Below the pieces are notes generated by a model. The model did not search any database. It was not told the origin of the DNA and saw only the letters and a list, made by a program, of their open reading frames with translations. From NCBI RefSeq assembly GCF_044755465.1, contig NZ_JBIVRB010000010.1, positions 27,517-91,516 of the forward strand: 64,000 nt of DNA, in the 5' to 3' direction. Both the position numbers and the translations under genes were made by a program. Below are positions 1 to 8,710 of the stretch, piece after piece. Numbering within the stretch: position 1 is the stretch's first letter; every line of letters starts with the position of its first letter. This stretch comes from Streptomyces sp. NPDC092296 (GTDB lineage Bacteria > Actinomycetota > Actinomycetes > Streptomycetales > Streptomycetaceae).

Positions 1-1856
1 CGTAGGCCGGCTCGTCGGCCGCGCCGCACGGTGCGGGCAGCTCGTCCTCGGGCAGTTCGGCGCCGTCCAGGAGGATCACCCGGACCCCGCCGCCGGCCTC
101 CCGGGCCAGGGCGCGGGCCTGCGCCAGGTGCTCCCGGTCGGCGAGGATCGAACCGGCGCCGCTGCGCGACAGCATCGGGACCAGCCGGGCCTCGGGGGCG
201 TCGACGTCGAACGGGAGGTAGACCCCGCCCGCCCCGAGCACACCGCACACGGCGGTGATGAAGTCCAGGCCGGGCCGGGCCAGCACGGCGACCAGGCCGG
301 GACGGCGGTGCGCCCCGTCGGCCGGTCCGCCCGTGCCCAGGGAGCGGGAGAGTGCTCCCGCCCGGCGCACCAGGGCGGCGTAGGTCAGCTCTCCCTCCGG
401 GGCCACGACGGCGATCGCGTCGGGGTAGGCGGCGGCGGTCAGTCGTACGCGCTCCACCAGGTGCCCGCCGCTCTCCTCGACCCGGGGGCCCACCGCGGTC
501 GGCCGCGCGTCGCGGGCCGGCTCGTCGACGCGGAGCCGCGCGAGCGGCGCCGCCGCGTCCGGCCCGGCGAACCGGGTGAGCAGTTCGGCCAGTCGGCGCG
601 CGTGGGCGTCCATCGCGGCCTGGTCGTGACGGCCGTCGTTGCCGCTGAGATGGATCGTCAGGCCGCCCCCGGGTGCCTGGACGAGGGTGAGCTCGAAGTC
701 GTCGATCAGGCCGGTCGACAGGTTGTGTACCGTCACCTCGCAGTCACCGAGGCGCAGTTCGGTCCGCTGCGGCAGGATGTTCACCAGCGGCCCGAACGGG
801 CGGTGGTCGTCACTGCGCAGCCCGATCTCACGGCGGATGCGGCTCACCCGCAGCCGCTGGTGCGTGATCAGCGCGTTGAACTCGCGCGAGACCTGGGAGA
901 GCAGCTCACGGCGGGTGCTCCGGTCGTCGATGCGCAGCCCCAGCGGCAGCGTGTTCGCGACCATCCCGGGCACCGCGCGCATCGTCGCGCCGACCCGGGC
1001 GGTGGCCGGAACGGTCAGCAGGACGTCGCGCCGCCCGGTGTACTTCCAGGTGTAGACGGCGACGGCGGCCATCACCACGGTCGGCCAGGTGACCGCGGCC
1101 TCCCGGGCCAGGGCGCGCAGCCGGTCGGCCACCTCGGGCGGCAGTTCGCAGCGGCTGCGCAGGAAGCCCGCGCCGGCCGTGCCGCCCGGCGCGGCCAGAC
1201 TCACCGGCTCCGGGGGCTGCGGGAAGCGGCGACGCCAGTAGGCCAGGTCCCGTGCCTGGTGGGCCGAGCCCTGGTAGGCGGCCTCCCTGTCGAGCAGTTG
1301 CCGCAGGGGAGGCAGGCGCTTCCCGCCGTCGCCCCCCGGGGCCCCGTCCGGCTCGGCCCCGTCCGGCTCGGCCTCATACAGCTCGGCCTCATACAGCTCG
1401 GTCAGCCTGTCCCAGAAGAGCACCTGGCTGTAGCCGTCGCAGAGCAGGTGGTGGATGCACATGTAGAAGAAGGAGCGCTGTTCGCCGCAGTGGATCAGCG
1501 CGAAGCGGACCAGCGGGCCGTGCTCCCGGTCGAAGGGCGTGGCGAGGTCGTCGCGCATCCACGCGTGCGCCGCCTCCTCGTCCGGCAGCTCGGCGGTGCG
1601 GAAGGGGAGTTCGGTGACCGGTTCCACCACCTGCCGCAGTGCCCCGTCCACCTCGACGATCCGGGCCCGCATGCACTCCGCCTCCTGGACCAGCCCGGCC
1701 ACCGCGCGGCGGAAGGCGTCGATGCGCAGCGGACCACGGATGTCCAGGTAGCCGGCGGTGTTGTAGTGGGCGCCGGCCCCGCCGAGCTTCTCGTCGAACC
1801 AGATGTCCGCCTGCCCGGCGGAGAGCGGCAGCACAAGGGAGGGGGCTTGCGTCATT
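1..1856 (-). CDS. Nonribosomal peptide synthetase, N-terminal part (condensation domain then start of adenylation domain); 3' end runs off window
   Basis: Reverse-strand translation from ATG at 1856-1854 (SD GGAGAG upstream) gives MTQAPSLVLPLSAGQADIWFDE... with C-domain HHxxxDG motif (CIHHLLCDGYS), then linker and A-domain-like sequence (YAALVRRAGALSR.., LVAVLARPGLDF..). No stop before the window edge. The plus-strand 601-aa ORF 128..1933 is its antisense shadow. Confidence 0.8.
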
Positions 1857-1954
1857 CTGCTCTCCTGCCGGGTGAGGATCGACTGCGACTCATCCTTGGT
1901 GCCGCCGCTGACGGCACACTGACGGGCAACTGACCTCCGCCACCGGCCAGTCGG

Positions 1955-1999
1955 CCGCGAGTCGGTCCGCCGCGAGTCAGTCCGCCGCGAGTCAGTCCG
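1955..1999. promoter_or_regulatory. Three tandem 15-bp direct repeats (GCCGCGAGTCRGTCC) in divergent NRPS/KASIII promoter region
   Basis: The sequence gccgcgagtcggtcc gccgcgagtcagtcc gccgcgagtcagtcc is followed by a partial fourth unit. It lies in the 220-bp intergenic gap between the divergent NRPS and the KASIII operon. Confidence 0.5.
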
Positions 2000-2076
2000 C
2001 CGTCAGGGCGCGGTCAGCCCGGCCGCCTAGCCTGCCGGTCAGGGCCGAACCATGCGGTCGGAGGCGGAGGTCGTCC

Positions 2077-3027
2077 ATGAAACAGCCCGGTGCCCCGGGA
2101 TCGCCAGCGCTGCTGGCGATCTCCAGCCATCTCCCGGAGACCATCCCGGTCTCCGGGCTCCAGGACCGGTTGGCGCTGAGCGATCAGCAGGTGCGCCGGT
2201 TCACCCGGCTCTACGGCCTGGACCGGATCTGCCAGTCCGCCGCGTCGGAGGTCGACCTGCTGGTCGCCGCCGCCGGCAAGCTGGACGAACTGGCCGGCCG
2301 CGAGGAGGACGTGCGCTACATCGTCCGGGCCAAGGGGTTGCGTACCACCGCGCCCTATCCGCGCAACCCCGTGCAGGAGTTCCGGCAGGTGATGGGCCTC
2401 TCCCGCGCCCGGACCTTCGCGGTGGAGGACCACGGCTGCGCGACGGGGCTGCTCGCCCTGGACGTGGCCGCGACGCTGCTGGCGCAGGACGGCGACCCGG
2501 ACGCCCTGGCGCTGGTGCTCCTCGGGGACAAGACGCTGACCCCGTTCTCCCAGTGGGTGGCCGACGTCTCCATCATGGGCGAGGGCGTCGCCGTGGCCCT
2601 GGTCGCGGCCGGTGGCACCCGGGACCGCATCCTCGGCTACGCGAGCCGGATCCACGGCCGCCCGGACGGTCAGATCGACATGACCCCGGACCTCGCCAAG
2701 CAGGCCCGGAAGATCTACCAGGACGCCTTGGCGGAGGTCGTGCAGGCCGCCTGCGAGCAGGCCGGGATCACCGTGGACGATCTGGACCTCGTGCTGCCGC
2801 ACAACGTCAACCGGGTCTCCTGGACGGTCGCCGGGGACCGGCTCGGCCTGCCGCAGGAGAAGCTCTTCCTGGACAACATCGCCGCCACGGGGCACTGCTT
2901 CTGCGCCGATCCCTTCATCAACCACCGGAGCGCACGAGAGCTGGGCCGGCTCCAGCCGGGCGACCGGTACCTGATGACCTCTGCCGGGCTGGGACAGGCG
3001 TTCGCGGCCATGGTCCTGCAGCACTGA
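2077..3027 (+). CDS. 3-oxoacyl-ACP synthase III (FabH/KASIII)-like protein, possibly an ACP-dependent acyltransferase
   Basis: The 316-aa protein has a nucleophile region EDHGCATGLLALDVA aligning to the FabH Cys motif. Its C-terminal half is FabH-like (PHNVNRVSW..LPQEKLF..ATGHCF), with GHCF where FabH has GNTS. A purine-rich SD (ggaggcggagg) lies upstream. Confidence 0.7.
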   Translation: MKQPGAPGSPALLAISSHLPETIPVSGLQDRLALSDQQVRRFTRLYGLDRICQSAASEVDLLVAAAGKLDELAGREEDVRYIVRAKGLRTTAPYPRNPVQEFRQVMGLSRARTFAVEDHGCATGLLALDVAATLLAQDGDPDALALVLLGDKTLTPFSQWVADVSIMGEGVAVALVAAGGTRDRILGYASRIHGRPDGQIDMTPDLAKQARKIYQDALAEVVQAACEQAGITVDDLDLVLPHNVNRVSWTVAGDRLGLPQEKLFLDNIAATGHCFCADPFINHRSARELGRLQPGDRYLMTSAGLGQAFAAMVLQH

Positions 3028-3041
3028 ACGTAGGAGGGACG

Positions 3042-4448
3042 ATGACCGACACCGTCAGCCGGGCCGCCCGCTTCCCCCGCTTCACCGACCGGCTCAGGAC
3101 CGCGCTGGGCGCCCCAGGGGCACCGCTGGTGCTGCTGGGCAACTTCGAGGTCGAGGAGGCCTGGTCAGCCGAGGAACTCACCCTGCCGCGCTTCTCGGCG
3201 GACTCCGGCGCCGCCGTGGTCAACCGGATGGACGAGTTCACGCTCCTGCTCGCGGGCGAGCAGGACCATGTGGTCCTCAAGTCGGCCCCCGACCCGGCCT
3301 ACCTCGCCTATCTGACCGCCCTGGGGCTTCAGCTGCCGCAGATCCATGCGGTGGCGGAGCACTGCCGCCGACCGGAGCGGACCGTCACCCTCGACGCCCT
3401 CGACGATCCGGAGCTGCTGGAGCGGCTCGGCTCGCTGGGCCGCTCCGGGGCGCGGCTGCTGCCGCACGGTACCTCTGCGGCGGAGAAACGGCTCGCCGAG
3501 CGCGCCGGCCTGCCGCTGGCGACGCCCGGCGCCGAGCTCTGCAAACGCGTCAACAGCAAGATCTACAGCCGCCGGCTGGCCGAGCAGCTGGGCCTGCGGC
3601 TCGCCCCCGGCTGGGCCTGCGAGACCCTCGACGAGCTGGCCCAGGCCTTCGAGCACGCCCGCAAGCTGCTGGGCGAGGGCCGCCGCACCGTGGTCAAGGA
3701 GGCGTTCGGGGTCTCCGGCAAGGGCATCACCATGCTTGACAGCGAACGCCGGATGGACCGGATCCTGACCATGGTCGCCGCCCAGGCACGCCGCTCGGGG
3801 CGCGACCGGATCGCCTTCGTGGTGGAGGAGTGGGTCGAGAACCTCGGCGACCTCAACTACCAGTTCACCGTGGGCAAGGACGGATCGGTCCACTTCGACT
3901 TCGTCAAGCAGGCGCTGACCGAGGGCGGTGTGCACAAGGGCCACCGCTTCCCGGCCCGGCTGACCGACCCGCAGTCGGCCGCGATCGTCGAGGTGGCGAC
4001 CCTGCTCGGCCCGCTGCTGGCCGCCGACGGCTACCACGGAGTGGTGGGCGTGGACGCCCTGCTCACCGCCGACGGGGGCGTCCTGCCCGTGGTCGAGATC
4101 AACGCCCGCAACAACATGTCCACCTATCAGGCCCGCCTCCAGGAGGAGCTGCTGGGGCCGGACCAGGTGGCCCTCGCCCGGCACTACCCGCTGCGCCTCG
4201 ACGCGGAGCTGGGCTTCGACCGGCTCCGCACCGTGCTGGACGGGCTGGTGCTGGACCGGCCGGGCGGCACCGGCCTGCTGGTCAACAACTTCGCGACCGT
4301 CAACGCCGGCCGGGACCTCCGGCCGGGCGAGTCCTTCGACGGCCGCCTGTACGCCATGGTGGTGGCCGGCTCGGCCGCCGAACTGACCGAGATCGACGAG
4401 GGCGTGAGCGCCCGACTCGCGGCGGAAGGAGTAGCCGGTGCCCGCTGA
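3042..4448 (+). CDS. ATP-grasp family carboxylate-amine ligase (BtrJ-like candidate)
   Basis: The 468-aa protein starts at an ATG preceded by GGAGGGAC. It has ATP-grasp signatures: a K..G..G.GI loop (KEAFGVSGKGITM) and an E.N.R motif (VVEINARNNMST). The 2052..4448 ORF in the track is an N-terminally over-extended frame. Confidence 0.7.
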   Translation: MTDTVSRAARFPRFTDRLRTALGAPGAPLVLLGNFEVEEAWSAEELTLPRFSADSGAAVVNRMDEFTLLLAGEQDHVVLKSAPDPAYLAYLTALGLQLPQIHAVAEHCRRPERTVTLDALDDPELLERLGSLGRSGARLLPHGTSAAEKRLAERAGLPLATPGAELCKRVNSKIYSRRLAEQLGLRLAPGWACETLDELAQAFEHARKLLGEGRRTVVKEAFGVSGKGITMLDSERRMDRILTMVAAQARRSGRDRIAFVVEEWVENLGDLNYQFTVGKDGSVHFDFVKQALTEGGVHKGHRFPARLTDPQSAAIVEVATLLGPLLAADGYHGVVGVDALLTADGGVLPVVEINARNNMSTYQARLQEELLGPDQVALARHYPLRLDAELGFDRLRTVLDGLVLDRPGGTGLLVNNFATVNAGRDLRPGESFDGRLYAMVVAGSAAELTEIDEGVSARLAAEGVAGAR

Positions 4449-5739
4449 ATTCGAGGTCCAGGGCCTCGTGATCACCGATATCGCCGAGGAGTTCGGCACC
4501 CCGCTGTACCTCTACGACGGCGAGGCCCTGCGGGACCGGGTCAGCTCGCTCCGCGCGCTGCTCCATCCCCGGCTGGAGATCTTCTACTCGCTCAAGGCCA
4601 ATCCCAACGTCTCGGTCTGCGCGCTGCTCCACACGTTCGGCGCCAACGCCGAGATCTCCTCGCTGGTCGAGCTGCGCACCGCGCGGGCGGCCGGGGTGGC
4701 GCCGGAGGACATCCTCTTCCTGGGCCCCGGCAAGAGCGTCGAGGAGTTGGAAGCCTGCCTGGACGAGGGCGTCTTCGCGATCGTCTGCGAGTCCTTCGGC
4801 GAACTGGCCCTCATCGACGAGCTGGCCGCCCGGCGGGGGATCGTCGCCCGGGTCGCGCTGCGGGTCAACCCCGAGTTCGCGGTGAAGGGGTCGGGACTGA
4901 CCATGGGCGGCAAGCCACGGCAGTTCGGCATCGACGAGGCCCAGTTGCTGGCCGCGTCCGACCTGGCCGACCGCCACCGGCACGTCCGGCTGGTGGGCAT
5001 CCAGACCTATATGGGAACCAGAATCCTCGCCGCCGGTGCGGTGGTGGAGAACACCGAGCGGATTCTCGCGCTGGCGGAGCGCGTCTCGACCCGGCTGGGC
5101 TTCCCGCTGGAGCTGGTGGACGTCGGCGGCGGCCTGGGCGTGGCGTACTTCGAGGGGGAGGAGGACCTGGACCCGGCCGAACTGGCCACCGGGATCAACC
5201 CGTTGATCGCGGCGTTCGCGGACCGGCACCCCGGGGTCCGGCTGGTGATGGAGCTCGGCCGCTACCTGACGGCGGAGGCGGGCACCTATGTCACCCGGGT
5301 GCGCTATGTGAAGGAGTCCATGGGCCAGCGGTTCGCGGTGGCCGACGGCGGCACCAACCACCACATGGCGGCCGTGGGCATCGGCTCCTTCATCAAGCGC
5401 AACTTCCCGCTGGCCGTGCTCAACCGGCTGGACGAGCCGCCGACCGAGCTGTGGAACATCACCGGTCCGCTGTGCACCCCCAGCGACACCCTGGGCAAGC
5501 GGGCGCTGCTCCCGCCGCTCCGGGCCGGCGACCTGATCGGCGTGGGGCGCTCGGGCGCCTACGGGCCCAGCGCCTCGCCGGTCCTCTTCCTCAGCCACGG
5601 CCACCCGGCGGAGGTCCTGGTCTGGCGGGGCCGCGCCCACCTGGTCCGCCGACGGGACCGGGCGGAGGACCTGCTGGACCGGCAGCAGCTCGCCGACCTC
5701 GGTGAGCCGGCCGACCTCACCGCGAGCCCGGCCGGCTGA
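4438..5739 (+). CDS. PLP-dependent decarboxylase, fold type III (Orn/DAP/Arg decarboxylase family; BtrK-like candidate)
   Basis: The 433-aa protein carries the FYSLKANPN PLP-Lys motif and an overall diaminopimelate-decarboxylase-like architecture. The GTG start overlaps the upstream stop by 11 nt. Confidence 0.85.
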   Translation: MPAEFEVQGLVITDIAEEFGTPLYLYDGEALRDRVSSLRALLHPRLEIFYSLKANPNVSVCALLHTFGANAEISSLVELRTARAAGVAPEDILFLGPGKSVEELEACLDEGVFAIVCESFGELALIDELAARRGIVARVALRVNPEFAVKGSGLTMGGKPRQFGIDEAQLLAASDLADRHRHVRLVGIQTYMGTRILAAGAVVENTERILALAERVSTRLGFPLELVDVGGGLGVAYFEGEEDLDPAELATGINPLIAAFADRHPGVRLVMELGRYLTAEAGTYVTRVRYVKESMGQRFAVADGGTNHHMAAVGIGSFIKRNFPLAVLNRLDEPPTELWNITGPLCTPSDTLGKRALLPPLRAGDLIGVGRSGAYGPSASPVLFLSHGHPAEVLVWRGRAHLVRRRDRAEDLLDRQQLADLGEPADLTASPAG

Positions 5740-5821
5740 CCGGCGCCGTCCCCACCGGCGAGGCACCGAGCCGGCGCCGCCGCACACACCCGCACACCCA
5801 CCGAGAACCGGAGACACCGCC

Positions 5822-6097
5822 ATGACCGAGACCAGCACCCACACCCCCGACCGCGCCGAGGTGATCGGCGTCATCGGCCGCTCCCTCGTCGTCGTCCTCG
5901 GCGACGGACTGCCCGCCCTCACCGAGGAGTCCCGCCTCTTCGACCAGGTCGGCCTGGACTCCAACGGCGTCTTCGAGCTGCTGATGGAGCTGGAGGAAGC
6001 CCTCGGCATCGAGCTGGACACCGACAACCTGGAGATGCGGCACTTCGAGAGCCTCGGCTCCCTGGCGGACTTCCTGCTCGCGGAGATGAGCAGCTGA
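5822..6097 (+). CDS. Stand-alone acyl/peptidyl carrier protein
   Basis: The 91-aa protein MTETSTHTPDRAEVIGV... has a phosphopantetheine-site motif (GLDSNGVFELLMELEE). The track ORF 5702..6097 is over-extended; ATG at 5822. Confidence 0.75.
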   Translation: MTETSTHTPDRAEVIGVIGRSLVVVLGDGLPALTEESRLFDQVGLDSNGVFELLMELEEALGIELDTDNLEMRHFESLGSLADFLLAEMSS

Positions 6098-6099
6098 CG

Positions 6100-6966
6100 A
6101 TGTATCAGGCAACCGCACCGCTGCTGACGCCGTCCGGGACCGACACACAGCACTCCGCACCGCTGCGCCTGGCGCGGGTCGTCCACCGCGCGTTCGGCCC
6201 GGGTGAGTCCCGCATCGACGACGAGTTCTCCACCCGGCACTTCACCGACATCGCCGGGGCCTACGGCCGGGACTACCGGCCGGACCTCGCCCCGGGGGGT
6301 ACGGGCAACACCTTCGCGACGATGTCCCGTGAACTGGTGGAGGCCCTGGGCCCCGACGCCGCCGAGATCCAGGTGGCCGTGGTCGGCCATGTGACCCCGG
6401 ACCTGGACTGCCGATCGGCCGCGACCACCTACCTCTCCGACGCGTGGCCGGCCGGGCCGCTCGCCTTCGGCGTCTCCGAGCAGGGCTGCTGCACCCCGCT
6501 CACCGCACTCCGGCTGGCCCAGGCGTACGCCGCGCGGCACGGACTGGAGCGGGCCCTGGTCCTCCTGCTGGACCAGGCGACGCTGCCGTACGAGACGGGG
6601 CGGCGGCTCGCCGGTGACGCGGGCATCGCGCTGCTGCTCAACCGGACCGGGACGCTCGCCGTGCCCGAGCCGAGGGTGCTCCCCGGCGTCGCCGCCGAGC
6701 GGGTCCGCGACACGCTGGCCGAGCAACTGGCGGACATCGGTCCCACCACCCTGCTGGTCGGGCCGGGCATCGACCCGGACCGCGACCTGCCCGCCGGGTC
6801 GGCGGCGCACCGCTCCGCCACGGGCTTCCCGGCCGTCGGCCTCTGGGCCGACCTCGCGGCCTCGGCGGAACTGCCGCTGCGCCGCCCGGCGGCTCTGATC
6901 GACCGGGACCCGGACAGCGGGGACCTGGCGATCTGCCTGCTCCGGCCGACGCCGGACTCGGCGTGA
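6100..6966 (+). CDS. Truncated KASIII/thiolase-fold protein (N-terminal half with nucleophile Cys), function unknown
   Basis: The 288-aa protein aligns by eye to the FabH N-terminal domain (VAVVGHVTPDLDCRSAATTYL.. and SEQGCCTPLTALRLAQAYA, versus FabH ..STPD..PSTA.. and NAACSGF..AL..A). No C-terminal thiolase half is present. It starts 2 nt after the ACP stop. Confidence 0.5.
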   Translation: MYQATAPLLTPSGTDTQHSAPLRLARVVHRAFGPGESRIDDEFSTRHFTDIAGAYGRDYRPDLAPGGTGNTFATMSRELVEALGPDAAEIQVAVVGHVTPDLDCRSAATTYLSDAWPAGPLAFGVSEQGCCTPLTALRLAQAYAARHGLERALVLLLDQATLPYETGRRLAGDAGIALLLNRTGTLAVPEPRVLPGVAAERVRDTLAEQLADIGPTTLLVGPGIDPDRDLPAGSAAHRSATGFPAVGLWADLAASAELPLRRPAALIDRDPDSGDLAICLLRPTPDSA

Positions 6967-7604
6967 ACGGCCCGGACCTCTGGTCCCGGGTCCACACCGC
7001 GGCCCGCGAGGAGGGACTGGCCCCCGCGTTGGCCCTGCTCTGCGCGCCGCAGGGCCCGGCCGGCCCGCCGTACGGACCACGCGGCCATGCGGTGCTGCCC
7101 GGCACGGACGTCGCTCCGCTGCCCGACGGCGCCACGGTGCTGGACACGGTGCCGCTGCCCGGCGGGTCGGTGACACTGCTGCGCCTGCGTGACGGGGCAG
7201 CGGACCCGCCGCCACCCGCGCCGGAGGGGTTCACCCAGGGGCTGGCCTGGCTGCGGCTCGGCCTCTCGCAGTGGCTCTGCCGGCAGGTGATGGCCTACCT
7301 CGCGACCCGCAACGTCGGCGGCGCCCCGCTGCTGCGGCAGCAGCTCGTCAAGGGCGCGATCGCGGACACCGTCGGGGAGCACCTGGAGCTGCGGGAGACC
7401 CTGGAGGCCGCAGGCGCCGACCCGCTGGACGCGGGCACGCTGGGCGACCTGCACCGCCAGCTCACCGTCACCGACCGGGCCCAGGTTCGCTTGCTGGGCG
7501 CCCGTGGCTACCTGGCCGAAGGGCCCGGACACGCCGCCTACCTCTCGGAGCTGCTGGCGGAGGCGTATCTGAACGAGACCGGTCCGAGCGGGCGGGTCGA
7601 CTGA
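6963..7604 (+). CDS. Hypothetical protein resembling the C-terminal 4-helix domain of acyl-CoA dehydrogenases
   Basis: The 213-aa protein starts at a GTG in a GTGA overlap with the upstream stop. The segment RLGLSQWL..AYLATRNVGGAPLLRQQLVKGAIADTVGEHLELRETL resembles the ACAD C-terminal region (R.G.A..A..Y...R..FG.P....Q.VQ..LADM..E.EAAR). Confidence 0.4.
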   Translation: MNGPDLWSRVHTAAREEGLAPALALLCAPQGPAGPPYGPRGHAVLPGTDVAPLPDGATVLDTVPLPGGSVTLLRLRDGAADPPPPAPEGFTQGLAWLRLGLSQWLCRQVMAYLATRNVGGAPLLRQQLVKGAIADTVGEHLELRETLEAAGADPLDAGTLGDLHRQLTVTDRAQVRLLGARGYLAEGPGHAAYLSELLAEAYLNETGPSGRVD

Positions 7605-7644
7605 CCTGATGTCGATTATATGTCTTCCATAGACCGGGGGGTGA

Positions 7645-7685
7645 TCCTGCTCACAGCAGGACCACCCCCCGGCCACCTTCGAGGC
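7645..7685 (+). terminator. Strong hairpin (about 19-bp stem) downstream of the plus-strand operon
   Basis: The sequence ccggggggtgatcctgct-cac-agcaggaccaccccccgg lies 40 bp after the stop at 7604. It is preceded by an atypically AT-rich stretch (tcgattatatgtcttccatag). Confidence 0.5.
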
Positions 7686-7857
7686 GGACGACCAGTATCT
7701 GATCGCACGTCAGCCGGTCGGGGCGGCGGCCGAGCCCACGTGGACGGCGGAGGGCGGCCCACGGGTCAGCCGGCACCGGCCCGGCGTGGACTGCACCGTG
7801 CACGTGTCGATGCCCTGAGCCCGCCGAGTCCGTCCGCTCCGAAGGGGAAGCCTGTCC

Positions 7858-8622
7858 ATGGAGGTACAGATACTCGGTTCGCTGGCGGTGCAGTCGGGGG
7901 ATCAGCTGTACCGGCTGCCCTCCAAACGCGTACGCACCGTCCTCGCCCTGCTCGCCCTGACGCCCGGCGAGCCGGTGGGCGTCGACCACCTCATCGACCA
8001 ACTCTGGCCGGACCGGCGGATGGGGAACTCCCGCAACGCCCTCCAGGCCAACATCGGCCGACTGCGCCGGTTCCTGGAGTCGATCACGGACAGCGGCACC
8101 GGCCGGGTGGTCCGCACCCTCAGCGAGAGCTATGTGCTGGAGCTGCCGCCAGAGGCGGTGGACTCCCATCTCTTCCTCTCCCTGGCCGAACGCGGCGCGA
8201 TGGAGGTCGGCACCAGCCACGAGGAGGCCATAGCCCTGCTGGAACAGGCGCTGCGCCTGTGGCGCGGCCCGGCACTCTTCGACCTCTACGACAGCCCCCG
8301 GCTCCAGCTGGAGGCCCACCACCTCGACGAGCAGCGGCTGAGCGTCCGGGAGGACCTGATCGCCGCCAAGCTGGCGGTGGGGCGAATCCGCAGCGTCATC
8401 CCCGAGCTGCGCCAGCTCACCCAGCTGCACCCGGGCCGGGAGCGGTTCAGCGAGCAGCTGATGCAGGCCCTGTACCGCGACGGCCGGCAGACCGAGGCGC
8501 TGGACGTCTTCCACCGCACCCGCAGCTGGCTGGTGCGGGAACTGGGCCTGGAGCCCGGCCATCGGCTCTCCGGCGTCTACCACTCGATCCTGACGCACGA
8601 CCCGGTCCTGGACCGGCAGTGA
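7858..8622 (+). CDS. SARP-family transcriptional activator (OmpR-type wHTH plus BTAD domain)
   Basis: The 254-aa protein MEVQILGSLAV...RVRTVLALLAL...VDHLIDQLWPD...LELPPEAVDSHLF.. matches AfsR/DnrI/RedD-type small SARPs by eye. It sits between two biosynthetic operons. Confidence 0.85.
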   Translation: MEVQILGSLAVQSGDQLYRLPSKRVRTVLALLALTPGEPVGVDHLIDQLWPDRRMGNSRNALQANIGRLRRFLESITDSGTGRVVRTLSESYVLELPPEAVDSHLFLSLAERGAMEVGTSHEEAIALLEQALRLWRGPALFDLYDSPRLQLEAHHLDEQRLSVREDLIAAKLAVGRIRSVIPELRQLTQLHPGRERFSEQLMQALYRDGRQTEALDVFHRTRSWLVRELGLEPGHRLSGVYHSILTHDPVLDRQ

Positions 8623-8710
8623 GAGCGGGACGACCAACCCTCCCCGCCCGGCCCGGCGCGGTTGCGACGGACCGGGCAGGGACGCTCCCGCGTACCGGCA
8701 GCGCCGCCGC

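Noticed and set aside
128-1933. 601-aa plus-strand ORF (MLPVGEDRTGAAARQHRDQPG...)
   Set aside because: It is an Arg/Gly/Pro-rich junk translation lying exactly antisense to the well-supported NRPS frame. This is the typical high-GC shadow ORF.
4300-7215. 971-aa minus-strand ORF spanning the decarboxylase, ACP and thiolase-like genes
   Set aside because: The product is Arg/Gly/Pro-rich with no motifs. It is antisense to four coupled plus-strand genes that have clear family signatures.
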